From positions 806,001-870,000 of the forward strand of contig MU004187.1 of assembly GCA_010093605.1 (NCBI GenBank): DNA of 64,000 bases. Direction: 5' to 3'. This document shows, piece by piece, positions 12,286 through 25,342 of the stretch. The notes under the pieces were generated by a model that was not told the DNA's origin, did no database searches, and saw only the letters and a program-made list of their open reading frames with translations. Each line of letters starts with the position of its first letter. The stretch's first letter is position 1. The position numbers and the translations under genes are program-made. Origin of the DNA: Lophium mytilinum. Taxonomy: Eukaryota.

Positions 12286-14453
12286 ATGGACTTGTCGAGT
12301 CATCGATGGCCAGACGACGATATCCTGGAGGTGCCGGAACGAGCGGTGGCCCACGCCCGCACTCTCAACAAGGTTAGACTCCTTTGATTACGAATTGCTG
12401 TTGATGATGTTTCAAGATGTGGCTAACATTATGCCCTTATAGTCTGGAAAGAGCCACCAAAACGCCACGCGCCAGCCTCAAGGCCCCTCGGCTGCCTCTC
12501 GTCGTCTGGATCCCACGCAGTACGAAATCCATCGTAATCTACAACGAGCCGGGCTACCCAGCCCGTGGGACGGATTGGAGATCGAACATGTGGCCATGGC
12601 TGCGCCAACTACCGACGGAATGTTGTCCCACACCGGACGTGGATATGTTGGCGGATACGATGCCGGAGGAAATGATCCCTTCATGGGCCACCAGGAGTTG
12701 AGTGGGAACTACGTCTCGCAGCACACCTACGCGAGGGATCAACAACACATGGCTGGACTGTATGGTAGACACGACGCATTGTCTAGGAACCAACACAATA
12801 GGGGTGATTTTTATGGTGAACCGGCCGCGCCGTCTATGAATCGTCACGATATGTTCAGATTCCACCCTGATTCACACACTCAGCCCATGAATGCTCAGGA
12901 CGACCGCACCTTCCGCAACGTCTCCCCACTTCAGTTCAATAACATCTTCAATAACATCCACAACAAAGCCAGTCAATACACCGGTTTTGAGGGCAGAGGG
13001 AACCAGCAGAGTCTCCGCCCGAAGTTCACTGTTGGCTACCCGATGGTGAGTGTACCTACCGCCCCTTGCTTGCTCGCTTTCGTGCAACTTTGGACTGACC
13101 TAATCAATTTCCAGGACAATGAGTTTGATAACTCCCTCGTCCCTCGCAATCCCGGCGAAGACGAGGTAGATCGCCTCAACAACCACGGCCCGGAGGATAT
13201 GAGCCTGAGTGAGGGCGGAAGCGAGAGGTCAGACGTATCTACGCCGGCATCGAGGGCTGCGGCCAATCCAGACTACGCCACGACGCATAAGTCTACCGAA
13301 AGCAAGAGGGGAAAAGAGAGCTCCACAAAGGATCCGCTCCTCAAAAACGTGACAGAGAACGCGGACGGGCTATTCTTCGCGTCCTATGCAGAAGCTCAGA
13401 GTGTCTACACCGAGAAGGCGCGTTGGACTCCACCTCTCCTCAAGGCTTCTCCGACCCAAGCAGAGTACAACGAGCTGGTCCTTCGCCTACGCGATGCCAT
13501 TCACAACATGAATGGAATTGCGGACAACTCGAATCACAAGTTTCAGAAGTGGAGGAACTTTGTGTACGAAAGCCCAGCCATTGAGCTTGTTGCGCACAAG
13601 CTTGTGGTAAGTCTCGTTCGCTCTTTATTACTCCAGGTAATATGACTAATAATGGGGTAGAACATGATGATCAAACTTCACCTAGAAGGCTGGCGTATAC
13701 CGATCCTCGATCCTACCGATCTCGCCTCATCGAGATACGAGGAGCTCTTGGACTTCAACGCCCGCTTTGAGGCAGTTGAAGACTTGCTTTGGGTAGGTGC
13801 TAGCACAATCTCCAGGATGAAAGAAGTTACTAACTGTTCATAGTTCCGCAAATCGGCCTGCGGCTCCCTCCTCGACGGCAGCCTCTACGAAGCCACTGTC
13901 GCGGCCCCCAACAGCCGCTGGAACGTTAGTACCCTTCGCGCTAACTGAATTGGACGTTGCTAATGTTCGATAGTCCTACCTCGCGAACCAGAAAGCGAAC
14001 CAGACAAAGAAGATTCAAATCAAGGTAGGACGAGAGCACTTGGGGCTGAAGACAAAAGGCAACAAGCGGGATGCCTCCGAAATGGTAGCTGAGGGAGAGG
14101 ATGGATACGAAGCTGTTCCTATGGAGCCCGTCGCCAAGCGACAACGCCGCGACCCGCAGGCTACACAGGCCACATCCCCGGGCAACCTTGCCACGCCGAG
14201 TGGGCATGAACATGCCGGAGAGTTTGGAGAAGATAACACAGAGCTAGGCACTGCGGATGCCTTGCAAAACCTTGCTGCGGATGCCTTGCGAAATCTTGCT
14301 GCGGACACCGCCGACGCTGCCGGTCCGAGCATCGCAGCTGAGCCAGTACAAGGTGTCCAGAGGGTTACCCGTAGTCGCGCCAGCGGACTCGCCACCCCAA
14401 AGAATGCCGAGCGGGGAGTTCAAAAGCGCAAGGGAGGAAAGGCTGGCGCCTAA
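12286..14453 (+). CDS. Cluster-family paralogue 5
   Basis: Exons 12286-12372, 12443-13045, ~13115-13606, 13661-13792, 13844-13924, 13974-14453. Motifs ARWTP, LVLRLRDAIHNMNGIAD, YESPAIELVAHKLV|NMMIKLHLEGW, LDFNARF, RKSACGSLLDG, AAP. Confidence 0.87.
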
Positions 14454-15058
14454 GCGTGTTGCGGAGAGAGTGCTGGGCGATTGTGATTGATTCTTCTCAG
14501 ATGGCGGAAGGTGTTTGTCTCAGTTTTGCTCACACGAGCATCTGAATCGACGGGTAATGACGATCAGGGCGATACGCCTCAGGTATCTAAGTTAGAGACG
14601 GCTTTGCATGTACAATAGTACATCAAAAATTTCACTTCTCATGGACTAAAAACTTGTGTTTTTGAGTTAGAGAGAAGTGATCATTGTTTAGACTTCAGTG
14701 ACTCAGCAAAACATTGACATACTACCAATAATCTAAGTGTAGCCCATCACATATTCCATTAGGTTGAAACTAACCCAAGAGCAGATTCAGCTTGAGAATG
14801 TGACATATTCGTTGAGCTGAGTACATGTTGTGGGTATGGTCAGAAGAAGGTTCTGCTAGATCGCCGCATCATGCCGGAACGGGGAAGGCGGGCGGCCCAG
14901 CCCCACGGAACGCACCATGCTCCATACTCTATTCTGACCTCTCTGCAAGCGACTCAAAACCAATTACCAGTCCCACTCATGGTAGAATAAGGCAAGTAAA
15001 GACGCCAACAACTGAGCACGCTCTTTCATGGTCCGAAGTATCTCATACTCTTCATATA

Positions 15059-15286
15059 TAGTGATACACCATAGGATTAGGCACACTGGTTCGCCACTGC
15101 TTTGGGTTACCCCACAAGTTTTTAAAAATTCAAGGGTAATCTTGACATTCGAGCAGTACGGACTGCACTATCTCTTGGCCAAATGGCTGGTTAGCAACCA
15201 GGCTACCCCCCACAGTAGTATTGAGTGAGCAAGTTTGGAGCTAGACAGTGACAGATTCGTGTGCCTGGATGTATACTTATAGTCTA
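15059..15286. mobile_element. Degenerate MITE (Tc1/mariner-type), relative of 52919-53145
   Basis: Shares GGCACACTGGTTCGCCAC, AGCAACCAGGCTA and GAGTGAGCAAGTT in the same order and spacing with the intact copy. TIRs eroded; right boundary approximate. Confidence 0.75.
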
Positions 15287-15722
15287 TCTGAATTACATCT
15301 GGTCTATGTCTAAGTCAGTGAGGTGTTTTGATGAAGCTTCCAGCCTCACTCTCATATCTTTGTGTCTTCCTGCCTTTGACGCGTAGGCGACCACAGATTG
15401 TCTAAACGAAGTCCTGCTTAAATTTACATAGGATCCTAGGTTATGCCACTGAGTCTGAGCCGAAGCGTTAGCCCTATCGATCTAACAGTCCTTTCGGCCC
15501 CAAAAAACAGGCCGGTGAGTGTCGGCACAGTGACGGATCGGGAACTGTTTCCCCGTCGCCGGGCTCGCTTATTCTCAAACTCTTCTCTATTTACGTTTTG
15601 CTCAAGCAGCCCACAACACATTCAACCTCACCACACTCTTTTGTCACCACCAAGTTTCACAACAAGCATCACCTCCTCCACTGTCTTTCAAGTATATATT
15701 CACACTGTTTCTCTACGATACT

Positions 15723-17484
15723 ATGAAGCTGAACAAGAACGACCCTCTTCTTCGCTGGAATTCCAGCAATCCAAGCCGCTCTGCTCCCGCCGACACTGGA
15801 GCCTCGGAGAACCAGCAGCTCGCCGCTCCTTCTGGACGCCAGAAAACCCTCCGCGCAGGCATGAGAGCATCGCACGACGCCGATGTAATGGACGAAGATG
15901 GTCTCTTCGACCCGAATTGCTTGGACGACATCGAAGACGCGGGAAGCGTCGTGGATAGCAATCCATTCAACACCCCCTCCAGCAATGCATCCAGCGGCCC
16001 CCGAAGCAATGCATTCAGCTCTTCCCCAAGCAGTACGTTCGGCATCCATCCAGCTGCGGCTGAGTACAATCCCGTTGGGTACCTTCGTGGTCACATGGTA
16101 TGATTAGTCCTTTCTAGCATCTTGCATGGGCACTACTAACACGTCACCATAGTCCCCATATGAAGTTGCCCTCCCCAGTGCCCAGAGCCGTCGCCCAGCC
16201 CGTCCACAGCGTCATCAGCCTGCCTATGGTGGCTACACTCCGGTGTTGAACTATCAATATGGGCCGCGTACCTACTCAGCCTACAATCAGGTATTGAACT
16301 ATACTAGAATATGTATTACGCGGTTTCACTAACGGTAATAGAATACCCAGGCACATCGGTCTACCCAGCTGGGAGGCCACACGTTTACTCCCTCAGAGCT
16401 CCGGGCTATGGAGGGCGCCAGCTTCGATGCTCATCCCGGTTCGGCTTTCTACCCCGAGTCTCCGTACGGCGCCTCTAGTCCCTTCACAGCCACTGGCCAG
16501 GCCGATGCCGAGGGTGCGGACTTCATGACAGGCTTCTCATGGGAGAATCGCTTTGGAAATCCCTCCGCTAGGGGCACCACCCCCGACTACGAAGCCGACG
16601 CTACTCCGAGCGGCCGTTCTGCGGGTGTGATGCGGAACATGTTCACTCCATTGAGTGGTCATCAGCGCACTCCCGCTAGCCTCCGACAGATCGCTCGTAG
16701 AAGCCTGGCGACTATGAGCCCCATACTCCGCGGATCAGTCTACGACGACGGCAGCGAGTCCCCTGATCGCAACGGCATCCCAATCTATCGTTCGACTGAG
16801 CTCTCGTTCGATACCCTTCCGACTGCCATGGCGTCCGTTGCCCCTAAACAAGTTTGGATCCCTCCGCAAGACGATCCCACCGTACCCCAGACTCCCGAGC
16901 AGATGCAGGACGCCGTGCGCAAGTTGATGTGGGCGATGATGAGCGATTCCATCCAGGAAGGGGATGTGAAGAACCCGCATGCGAACGGCATTCTCCGCGA
17001 CTACAACGAGGACCATCTGGAGATCACTGCCTGGAAGATCTTGGTATGTGATGCCACTATCGTCGATTAAAACTCTTGTATCCTAGAAAACTGACTTGTG
17101 CTAGGCGGAGATGCTCCGTCTTCATGAAGATGGCTGCTATGACGACTATGTCATGAGCCTTAGGGACCGACAATGGGACTTCGCCACCCGCCTCAACCAC
17201 GTCGTCACCCTGTTTCGTGTAAGTCACTCACGATGCTCACGTTTTGAAGGGTTGTTCGCTAACCTTACTGCCAGAGGTGGAAGAATGCCGCGTCTGACGC
17301 CATCAAGGGTCACCACATCGCCACCTTCGTTGCCGCTCCGTGTGAGCACGATCGCGTAAGTAACTATCTAAATACCTTCACTGAAGAAGTTACTGACTTT
17401 CAATAGCGCAAGCGTTCGAATGCCAAGGGCAACGCCAACAAGGCGGCCGCCATCCGCTTGGCCAAGACTCTTAGCAAGCGCTAG
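15723..17484 (+). CDS. Cluster-family paralogue 6
   Basis: Exons 15723-16097, 16153-16290, 16342-17043, 17105-17218, 17275-17355, 17407-17484, all in frame. Motifs VWIPPQDDPTVPQT, VRKLMWAM, LEITAWKIL|AEMLRLHEDG, WDFATRL, WKNAASDAIKG, AAP, NAKGNANK. Confidence 0.88.
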
Positions 17485-18211
17485 GATTCGTGCACGTCAG
17501 CTCATCTGCAACGCCGTCTAGGGCCCGCTTGTAGAACCCCGCCTGTGTAGCGCTACTATAGACTAATTGTTGGATATGTAGTCAGGGTAGCACTAAGGCA
17601 CAAAAAAGTAGATAGAATTGGGTAGAGCTATGAGTAGGTAGTCAATACTATGCCTGCAAGGTATGATGTTATGTCGAGTTTTATAGGTGTGATGAGTGGA
17701 ATGAGCTGTGATCAATCAAGACACTTCCCGCGTACTCATTAGCTAGGAAAAACATTATAAACCCAATCTCATGTAAAGTCAACGTAGAGTAGAAGCTACT
17801 GAGAGGCATGTTCTATGAAGATGCTAGTATAAGGAGTACACGTCATCCAATATCCGGTTACTTGCAAAGGTACGTGATGCGGCTGGCAGGAGGATCTTGA
17901 AAACGTTTCATTGTCTCCAAAAGGATTTCTTTGTTCCTCGAATTCGAACAATGACTTTGTCCACAAAGACAACGCGTATGCAGTAAATCGTTTTCACATT
18001 CACTGTAGACATTTACATCGAAGAACTCGCTATGTCGTGAAAGTGGATTACGGGAGCATAAACGCTGCTGAAGCACCTCCATATCCCACACAGATCGTTT
18101 ATCAAGCAGCGACCACCACCTCCATTGAAAGCCTGATATCTTGTCTCGACCGAACCAACCTCAAGTCGCATTGTTGCACTCAGTTTCTCGCACAAAGGCT
18201 TCGTATCAACA

Positions 18212-19246
18212 ATGAATTCCAACACTTTTCACGGAGGTTTTGCCAAGCACGTGGCTGACCCCGAAGGTTCCACCACCAACAAATCGTCTATTAGCCAATC
18301 TCCTGAGTCAGCGATGATGAATGTACCGCCAGAAGAGTCTCAGACCAACTCCATTCCTACCGATCCTGAAGATCTCGAGCAACTTCTGCTCGATGCACTT
18401 ACACAAGATGACACGGAGATCCCGGGCTCGATGCGAAAGCGCCAGTCTGAGGTGGATTCTGAGAAGGAAGATCACGCGGCATCTCCAAAGCGAGCGCGTA
18501 TTGACAGCGACCCGTTGCACTCCCACCCCGTCAATCCGGTGATGAACTCCAGGAGCAGCAATACTCCCATCCCTGAGCTAGCCGACGAGGAGAACGGCAC
18601 CTTCGACTACCTCTTCGATGACAACGCCGCCAACCAAGCCTCGGATCTACCATTGCCATCAGGCCACCTTGATAACTCTTTCAGCTATCTATTCGATGGC
18701 GACGGTCTCCCCAAGGCTCCCACTTCGCCTCCACCGCAGAACAATTCAACCAACCTCCTCAATCAACCCTTCGGCGGTACAGCACGTCTCGAACGGCACT
18801 CCAACCCAATCCCGCCACGAAAGACTCTAGACGACGCTTACAACTACCTCATGGAATACGAAGACCCTACCCCACCACCTCCAACCCGACCTCGATTGGC
18901 TGCACCAGCAGCACCTCCAACCCGTGCCCGATCCACAGCAGCAACTTCCGTGCGGCGACTATTCGGAGACTACGGATTCTCCTTCATGGATTCTGTCTCA
19001 GCGCCGCCCCCAACTTCACAGCGTCGGGGCCCAGCAGCCGCGAGGCGCGCTCGCGGAACCCGTGCTCGTGCCACTCCCCTTGATCACGAAGTTATTGTCA
19101 TCGACGATAATGAGGTGGAGGAAGAGGATTCGCTGGAGGCGCAGGAGGAGTATGCGATGATGCTGTATATTTACTGCCGGGAGGAGGATAAGAACCCGGG
19201 ACGGGTGTCGTGGGATGAGGCTATGGGTGTGCAGCAGAGGATCTAG
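18212..19246 (+). CDS. Intronless low-complexity hypothetical protein (344 aa), no family domain seen
   Basis: Single ATG ORF, S/P/D-rich, with RKR and KRAR basic patches and a VIVIDD-plus-acidic motif. Confidence 0.7.
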   Translation: MNSNTFHGGFAKHVADPEGSTTNKSSISQSPESAMMNVPPEESQTNSIPTDPEDLEQLLLDALTQDDTEIPGSMRKRQSEVDSEKEDHAASPKRARIDSDPLHSHPVNPVMNSRSSNTPIPELADEENGTFDYLFDDNAANQASDLPLPSGHLDNSFSYLFDGDGLPKAPTSPPPQNNSTNLLNQPFGGTARLERHSNPIPPRKTLDDAYNYLMEYEDPTPPPPTRPRLAAPAAPPTRARSTAATSVRRLFGDYGFSFMDSVSAPPPTSQRRGPAAARRARGTRARATPLDHEVIVIDDNEVEEEDSLEAQEEYAMMLYIYCREEDKNPGRVSWDEAMGVQQRI

Positions 19247-19887
19247 AGGGATTCCTAGCTCTGTTAGCAGAAGGTACAAGCAGCATGGCGAGGGCTTAAG
19301 GTGACGACTTCATGTTTACGATTGCAAGGCGTTCCTTGAGTTGAATCAAGGGTACCATCTTGTCGTGGGTTTTGCGGCATGCTTGGAGTTCAGATTAATG
19401 AATCGAGCCCTGCACTTGTATGGCGTTTTGAATATCTTGCGTTCGGAAGTGGATTCCTGAACCAGGTTGCAGATCAGAACGGAGGCTTGGGGACTGGTTG
19501 AGAGCTATGGAGTGCTTTGCACGTAGACCAAGCGCCCTGATCTTACAATACCCCAGATAGTCAATAAGAAAGGGAAGACCGATTTCGATAATAGTACCCC
19601 GGTGCAATTAAGACAAATGATATACAAGAAATTGAATACTCCTCGTTTAGATTCTATGATATGCTACAGCTGCATCCCCCGAGGCTTATGCCAAATACTT
19701 GTGATAACTAAACACTACAGTTTCTAGACAGCCTGCTTATCGCGGTATATATTCTCAGCACCACGCCCCCGCCCTCCTATTCGCATCTCTCTCTGAATTC
19801 ACCCAGTTGCGTCTTCCCATCGCCGTCCGCCACATTCCACCACATTCCAGCGCCATATAGTTTATCCGATCTCGCGCTCAGACCAGC

Positions 19888-19932
19888 CCCACCAGTCCCA
19901 CCAGTCCCACCAGTCCCACCAGTCCCACCAGT
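19888..19932. repeat. Minisatellite (CCCACCAGT)x5
   Basis: Five consecutive perfect 9-bp units. Confidence 0.9.
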
Positions 19933-22430
19933 TGACCCTAGGTCATTCAGCTTCTCCACGACTTAAGCTATTATCCCTTCCGCCTATTCCTCACGACCCC
20001 ACCGCCTCCCGCCCCCGCTATATGACTGCCAAAACCCCACGTTCGCCCCGAGAGTCCCCACTTCCTCAAACCTCCGCCCCGCCGAGTCTCTATCCAATTC
20101 AACCCTATGTCCCCATCCTTCTTATCCGCCCGCCAAGAAACCACCGGGTCAACATCGGGCGCTCCTCTTCGCGGAAATCCACGCCAAGCCTTTCTGAGAC
20201 GCGGAGTTTTCCGAGGGTGCTCGGACCACAAATGCGCGGCTCAGTCGACGGCGGTGATAGCCTCGAGGCGGCTCGGGTTGCAGGGGCCTGGACTCGCTGA
20301 GGAGGCTTATACGTGGCGGAGAGTTGGGGACTGACGGGACTTCGGAAGGGGGTCGACGGAGGTCGGGGATGCTGGATACTGAGGTTGGAGGGCAGGGGAA
20401 GGCTCGTGGGACTGTAGCTAGAGCGAGAAAACGGTCCTGGTAGAGGCGAGGAGAAGGTAGTCGCTGGGTAGAGGGGCCTGTTCAGGCGCCGGTAAAGTCG
20501 CCTAGGGTTAGAAACACGGCACGTAGGGAAAGACTTAATAACGAAGCCCGTGGAAACTGTGTCTGATACTGTGCGAAAGCTGCATGATTACAGCCTCGTG
20601 AATCTGGATCCCCCGTCCGTCGATTGCTTCACGGCTTTTCGCATCCCACAGAAAGCTGAGGGAGCAAGCTGTACGTCTTCAATGCCCTTCCCGTTTCTTT
20701 GGAAACGGCTACCACTATGTCTGCCCCCAAGCCCTCAAGCGTTCCTCATCCCACCTACTCCCACCGACTTCCAACCATGTCATGACGCTGCGATCTACCC
20801 ACCCTTCCGCAAGTCCCTCATCAACGCGCCTCTCTCCTCCTTCGATCTCTTCTCCAAAGTCCGTACGAAAATCTCCTCGGCCGCCGCTCTTAGCCTCCCC
20901 GCTCCTCAACAGGGATCGGTTCGGGATCAGTCCGCCGCAGACCAATACCTCACAGCGGGATCTAGCCTGAAACCTCAACCAGCCATCCACTCATACCATC
21001 CTCCCCAGCGAGGTTCCTCCATCCGAGCCAGGCGCCTCTCCCAACCCATCTAGCGCGCCTCACGCTACCCTCCCTACGCAACATAGTATACCCCGCCGGT
21101 GAGGCCGCGAGATCTGCTTCTTGTTGTGTGGCGATATTTCGAAGGGTAATGGCGCCGCGCTAGCTGTGGGATGGGTAGGAAAAGGCAGGGAAGAAGGGAT
21201 TGCCCAGAGAAGGGTACCTTGGCAGCCTAGAGGCTAGGCGGGAGAAGAGAATAGGTGCCGCGGTCTTTGACGGCATCATAAAGAGGAAGGATCGCAATCG
21301 ACGGCGTCTGAGGCTGTGAAGGAGGAGAGGGGCCCAAGGCTTGAGAGAAACAAGGGAGAGAAGGTTGCCGAGCGCGATCTCAGGGAGATGTTAGTGTGAC
21401 CCGTTCAGGTTGCCTACGACGAGTGGAGGAAATGATACTCTGAGCGCAGAAGAGGCTGGTTGGAGATTCTAGCTGGCGGCTGCTAGCTGTCTGGCGTCTC
21501 GAAGCTGGAGAACGTGACTCCCGGCCACGCGATGCCTGTGATGAAGAAGGAAACAATGATCCGGAACTGTTCTATAGATTCCAAATGCTCTATCCTTGCC
21601 TTGAGAACGACCATGTGATACCTACCTCTAATGAAGATGTCGTCTGTCTATCTAGATGATACGTTTTCCTCAAACTGCGATTGCCTTTCCCAAGCAATCT
21701 TCTGATCCGTCTACTCCCCCCATCCCGTTATGCCATGCCCTTATGTCTGTTCATGCTTATATACTGCCTCCGTCTGCCCGCCAACACAAGCCTCGGACTC
21801 CCTTCAGCTCATGTCTTTCTCTCCCCCTCGAATCCTTTCCTCGGTGTGGTCCAGCAGCCGTACAGCGACACCGCAACATAGCTGCGCAGCCTTCCCCTCG
21901 CCCAATCCCACAGATCCTTGTGGACGACAGACCTCGCTACCGTAGGGCGTACAAAGTTGCCAATGATGTTGTCAGGGTCAGCGCTCTGCAAAGGGCGCAG
22001 CGTGCGTCGTCCCCTCTCCACGCGCAGACAGAGGGTGTTCAAAGGCGCTGGCTGCGCACAACGACGGACGGACGCGACGGGCGGACATCATCGAGGACGA
22101 GGCAACACCGTGCGGGCGAGGGACCGCTGGTGATGCGAGATCTGTTGGGCCTAAACGGATAGGACAGAAGCTGTCGCTGTGCGCAGCGATGAACGGATGG
22201 TGTGGAGCGAGGAGGAGGAGGATGGGGAGAACGCACTGGACACGTCGTCGGTCAAGGATAAGCTATGGAAAGAAGAAGCAGCCGTTGAAGATTTCGTAGT
22301 TCCAGAGTGGGAGAGGGTTGGCACGCGAAGATCTGGGAGGCAGGAGGGCCTTGTTGATCCGATTCTACGGACGCTAGACGGTTGGGCTGAGGTCTTTGCT
22401 ATGCACAGCGATAAACGCAGGGCGCAGAGG

Positions 22431-22463
22431 GAGGAGGAGGAGGAGGAGGAGGAGGAGGAGGAG
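22431..22463. repeat. Microsatellite (GAG)x11
   Basis: Read directly from the sequence. Confidence 0.9.
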
Positions 22464-23188
22464 GAAGTGGGGAACCGGACACTCCGTCGGTCGAAGGCGA
22501 AGCTGTGAAAAGAAGAGACTGTCAGCGGTTGCGAAGTTCAAGGCGCGGTGACTGCTCGGAGGGTTCACGAGTTTGATGCTCGACTTACGAATGTCGCGTT
22601 TCATGCGCGTTCCCTGGATCAAATTATCGTCATCAGTAGGAGACGGTGCGCGAAGTTGCCTTTGTAGAGCCTCGAGGCCGGGGCAGCGAGATTTCGAGGT
22701 GCGCTCGAGAAGACGAAGCGAAAGCTTGCAGCGTCTCCGAGAGGCTGATGAAAATGGTTGAAGTTCCCTCGAGAGGTTACTGCGACCGCGTCTGAGGAGG
22801 CGTTGGTGTTGGCGATGAAGGCAGAGCGCAGAAAATATGGAAGAGATTAGCCGCCACGCTTTGTAGAGGCCAGCGCTATGTCACAGTGATCTGATGAAGT
22901 CTCTCGCCGGCGCCATGAGACATTACTGACCTGGAGCGGAAGGACAGGGACTCGAGCACTCGACGTTCAAATATTAGATGATCGTTAGGACAGGCTGAAT
23001 ATCAATGGTAATCATCGGTTTGGAACAACCTTCGCCATGACAACTCTGCAGAAGCAAAGGATTCGTTGTCGAAAACACCTTCTTCTTCACAACCCCGCTC
23101 AAGGCAGGAGAAGCAATGAAAAAAAAGTCGAGGGTTCGAACCTCGCGTGAAGCAAACGGTGGAAGAACCACCGTGGCCGAATACGTAA

Positions 23189-23288
23189 ACTCGTCCTTTC
23201 CCGTAGGAGAGAGAAGGTCTGAGACCTCCGGACTGAGTACTCGTCTTTTCCCGTAGGAGAAAGAAGGTCTGAGACCTCCGGACTGAGT
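23189..23288. repeat. 50-bp tandem duplication containing palindrome AGGTCT-G-AGACCT
   Basis: Units 23189-23238 and 23239-23288 differ at 2 positions. Confidence 0.9.
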
Positions 23289-25342
23289 GTGCTTGAAGGA
23301 ATCGAACCTCCAACGCGTCAAGCCGTAGAACACTTTTTGACCGCGAATGACAGGAAAAAGCGGGATGTAGTAATACATGCTCCACAACCACCTACATGTT
23401 GTTCCTCCAGAGTCGTTAGAAGAGCGCAGTGGGCCTCCGGCCGTTGACTGTGGCTAGCATGTCGAACACGAGGGCTTTGACAGCGGCGAACCAAGTCTGA
23501 CCTTTGCTTTCCCTTGCTCAACCCCGTTTCAACTGGAGGCATGCTGAGAGCTGAACGTTGAATGAAGGTCAACATGAAGACTCCCCCAAACGTCTCACGG
23601 CGAGGGCACATTGGGTTCGTCCGCACTCGTCTTCCGTTCCACTGCGGACCTGGTCCGGAGCTTTTTTGCAATTTGTCGACGTAGTGATGCCCGCCTGTCC
23701 GAGCCGAGAATCCGGAGATTATCACAATGAGTCGTTCGTCGACTAGGAAGTCCAAGGTCGCGCCCTAGACCGACCAGGAATGCAGACTGTTTGACTCAGA
23801 TTCAAAGCGCATTGGGCGACGGTTAACCTTGGAATTTAGATCAGACCGCAAAGGCTAGTCGTCGCTGTACCGAAGTACCAGACCTGACGTCGCCCAGACC
23901 AAGCTAGGCTTGAAGTGTGCGGTCCGAGCCCAAGGTCCCCCTGCAACGCTTCCGTTCGGACAGATGCCAAAGGTATCTGATGAATGGAGTTATAGGTCAG
24001 GACTACCGCCCTACACTGGTTATTGTGAGACAGAACGACTTATACCGACGTGAATCGGAGGCGCTCGAGCCGATCCCTTCGCACATCTCGCGCAATGTTG
24101 CTACCGAGGTCTAGGAAAGGCCCTGGTCATCGGGTTCACTCCAAGCTAGCCTAATGGGTGGTTCGTTCCAGGGGCGTATTATCGTTTCCCCTTCCAGCTG
24201 CCGCGATGCTGAGTAGGTACCCGCTGATAGATCAGGTTCGGCATCCCCGAGAGCCATGAACGTCGGGCCATCCCTCAGTCGCTCAGACGTGCTTCGGTCA
24301 GTTGACACTGTGAGCTGTTAGCATGGAGAAGCGACGGGATGGTGGGCAGGCGGAGAGTGGGAGTGTGAGATGGGAGCGTGATGAAGAGAGATTGAAGGAC
24401 GGGGACGATGGAGTGGGGAGGCAGGAAAGAGCAGGATGGAGTGCGAAGGGTGGTGATGGCAACGCGGAGAGCGAAGAGCTGCGCGCTGGGAGAGCGACGA
24501 GCTGGAGAGCGACGAGCTGAGAGAAGCTGCCACAGCGTGCGAACCCCGCAGCAGCAGATGATGGGCTTGTGGAGGACTTGGAAGAAGAGAGAGGCAGAAG
24601 AGGCGGGAGAGTGCAGGTCTTGAGCAGCAGGCTTGAAGCCGAAAGACGAAGAGAGAAGGAAAAGGAAGCGTACCTGGCCTCAGACAGCATGCAATGAATA
24701 CCAGCGCCCACGCAATAGTACCCATAAGCCTACACCCCACATACTCCAGGTGCGCGAACACCTGGAGGATCGACGACGCAAAAGACTGGCGAAGCGTCGA
24801 TGAAGAAGAGAGGAAGGAGCCCGAGGAAGGCGAGGGTTTTGTAGACGCGGTGGGGTGGCCCGTGCTAGCGCCGCGCTAACCCCAAAGTGGAAATCTGCAG
24901 CCGGCGTGGACAGCAGGCGGGCAGCCAGGCGAACTGGCCGTCAACGCGTCGACATGGCTGCCAGTGACGTCACGCGCTCGTCGGCATGCCGAAGCTTTTT
25001 CGCACAGGCCGAGTCTTGCCGGGGCGTGGAAGGGCGTGGAAGGGGATCGCGTGTGCCGCGGTTGACACGCGATTAGAGCAAATAGTGAATGTCAGGGAAA
25101 TTTGTGTATGCCGGCTGGCAGCCCAACACGCCGTACTCTAGATAATCTAGAGGAAGATATACTTCTTAGGTACTCAGCGATGCCCTCGCCCGTTGTATTC
25201 CGACGCGTTGCATCCCGTCTAATGCCAGTGTCCTCAATAACAGCCCCCCTAGCGCAGAGCCTGGTACCTGACTTACAGGACCTCAGCGCGTGGGACAAGT
25301 TGCAGAACTTGTCACATTTCTCTGCCGTGATGCCAGAATACG

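Noticed and set aside
20550..22508. ORFs of 109-168 aa as genes
   Set aside because: Low-complexity, fragmentary, no consistent splice model or recognisable domain.
23189..23288. CRISPR-like or spacer-containing array
   Set aside because: Only two adjacent units with no spacers, in a eukaryotic context.
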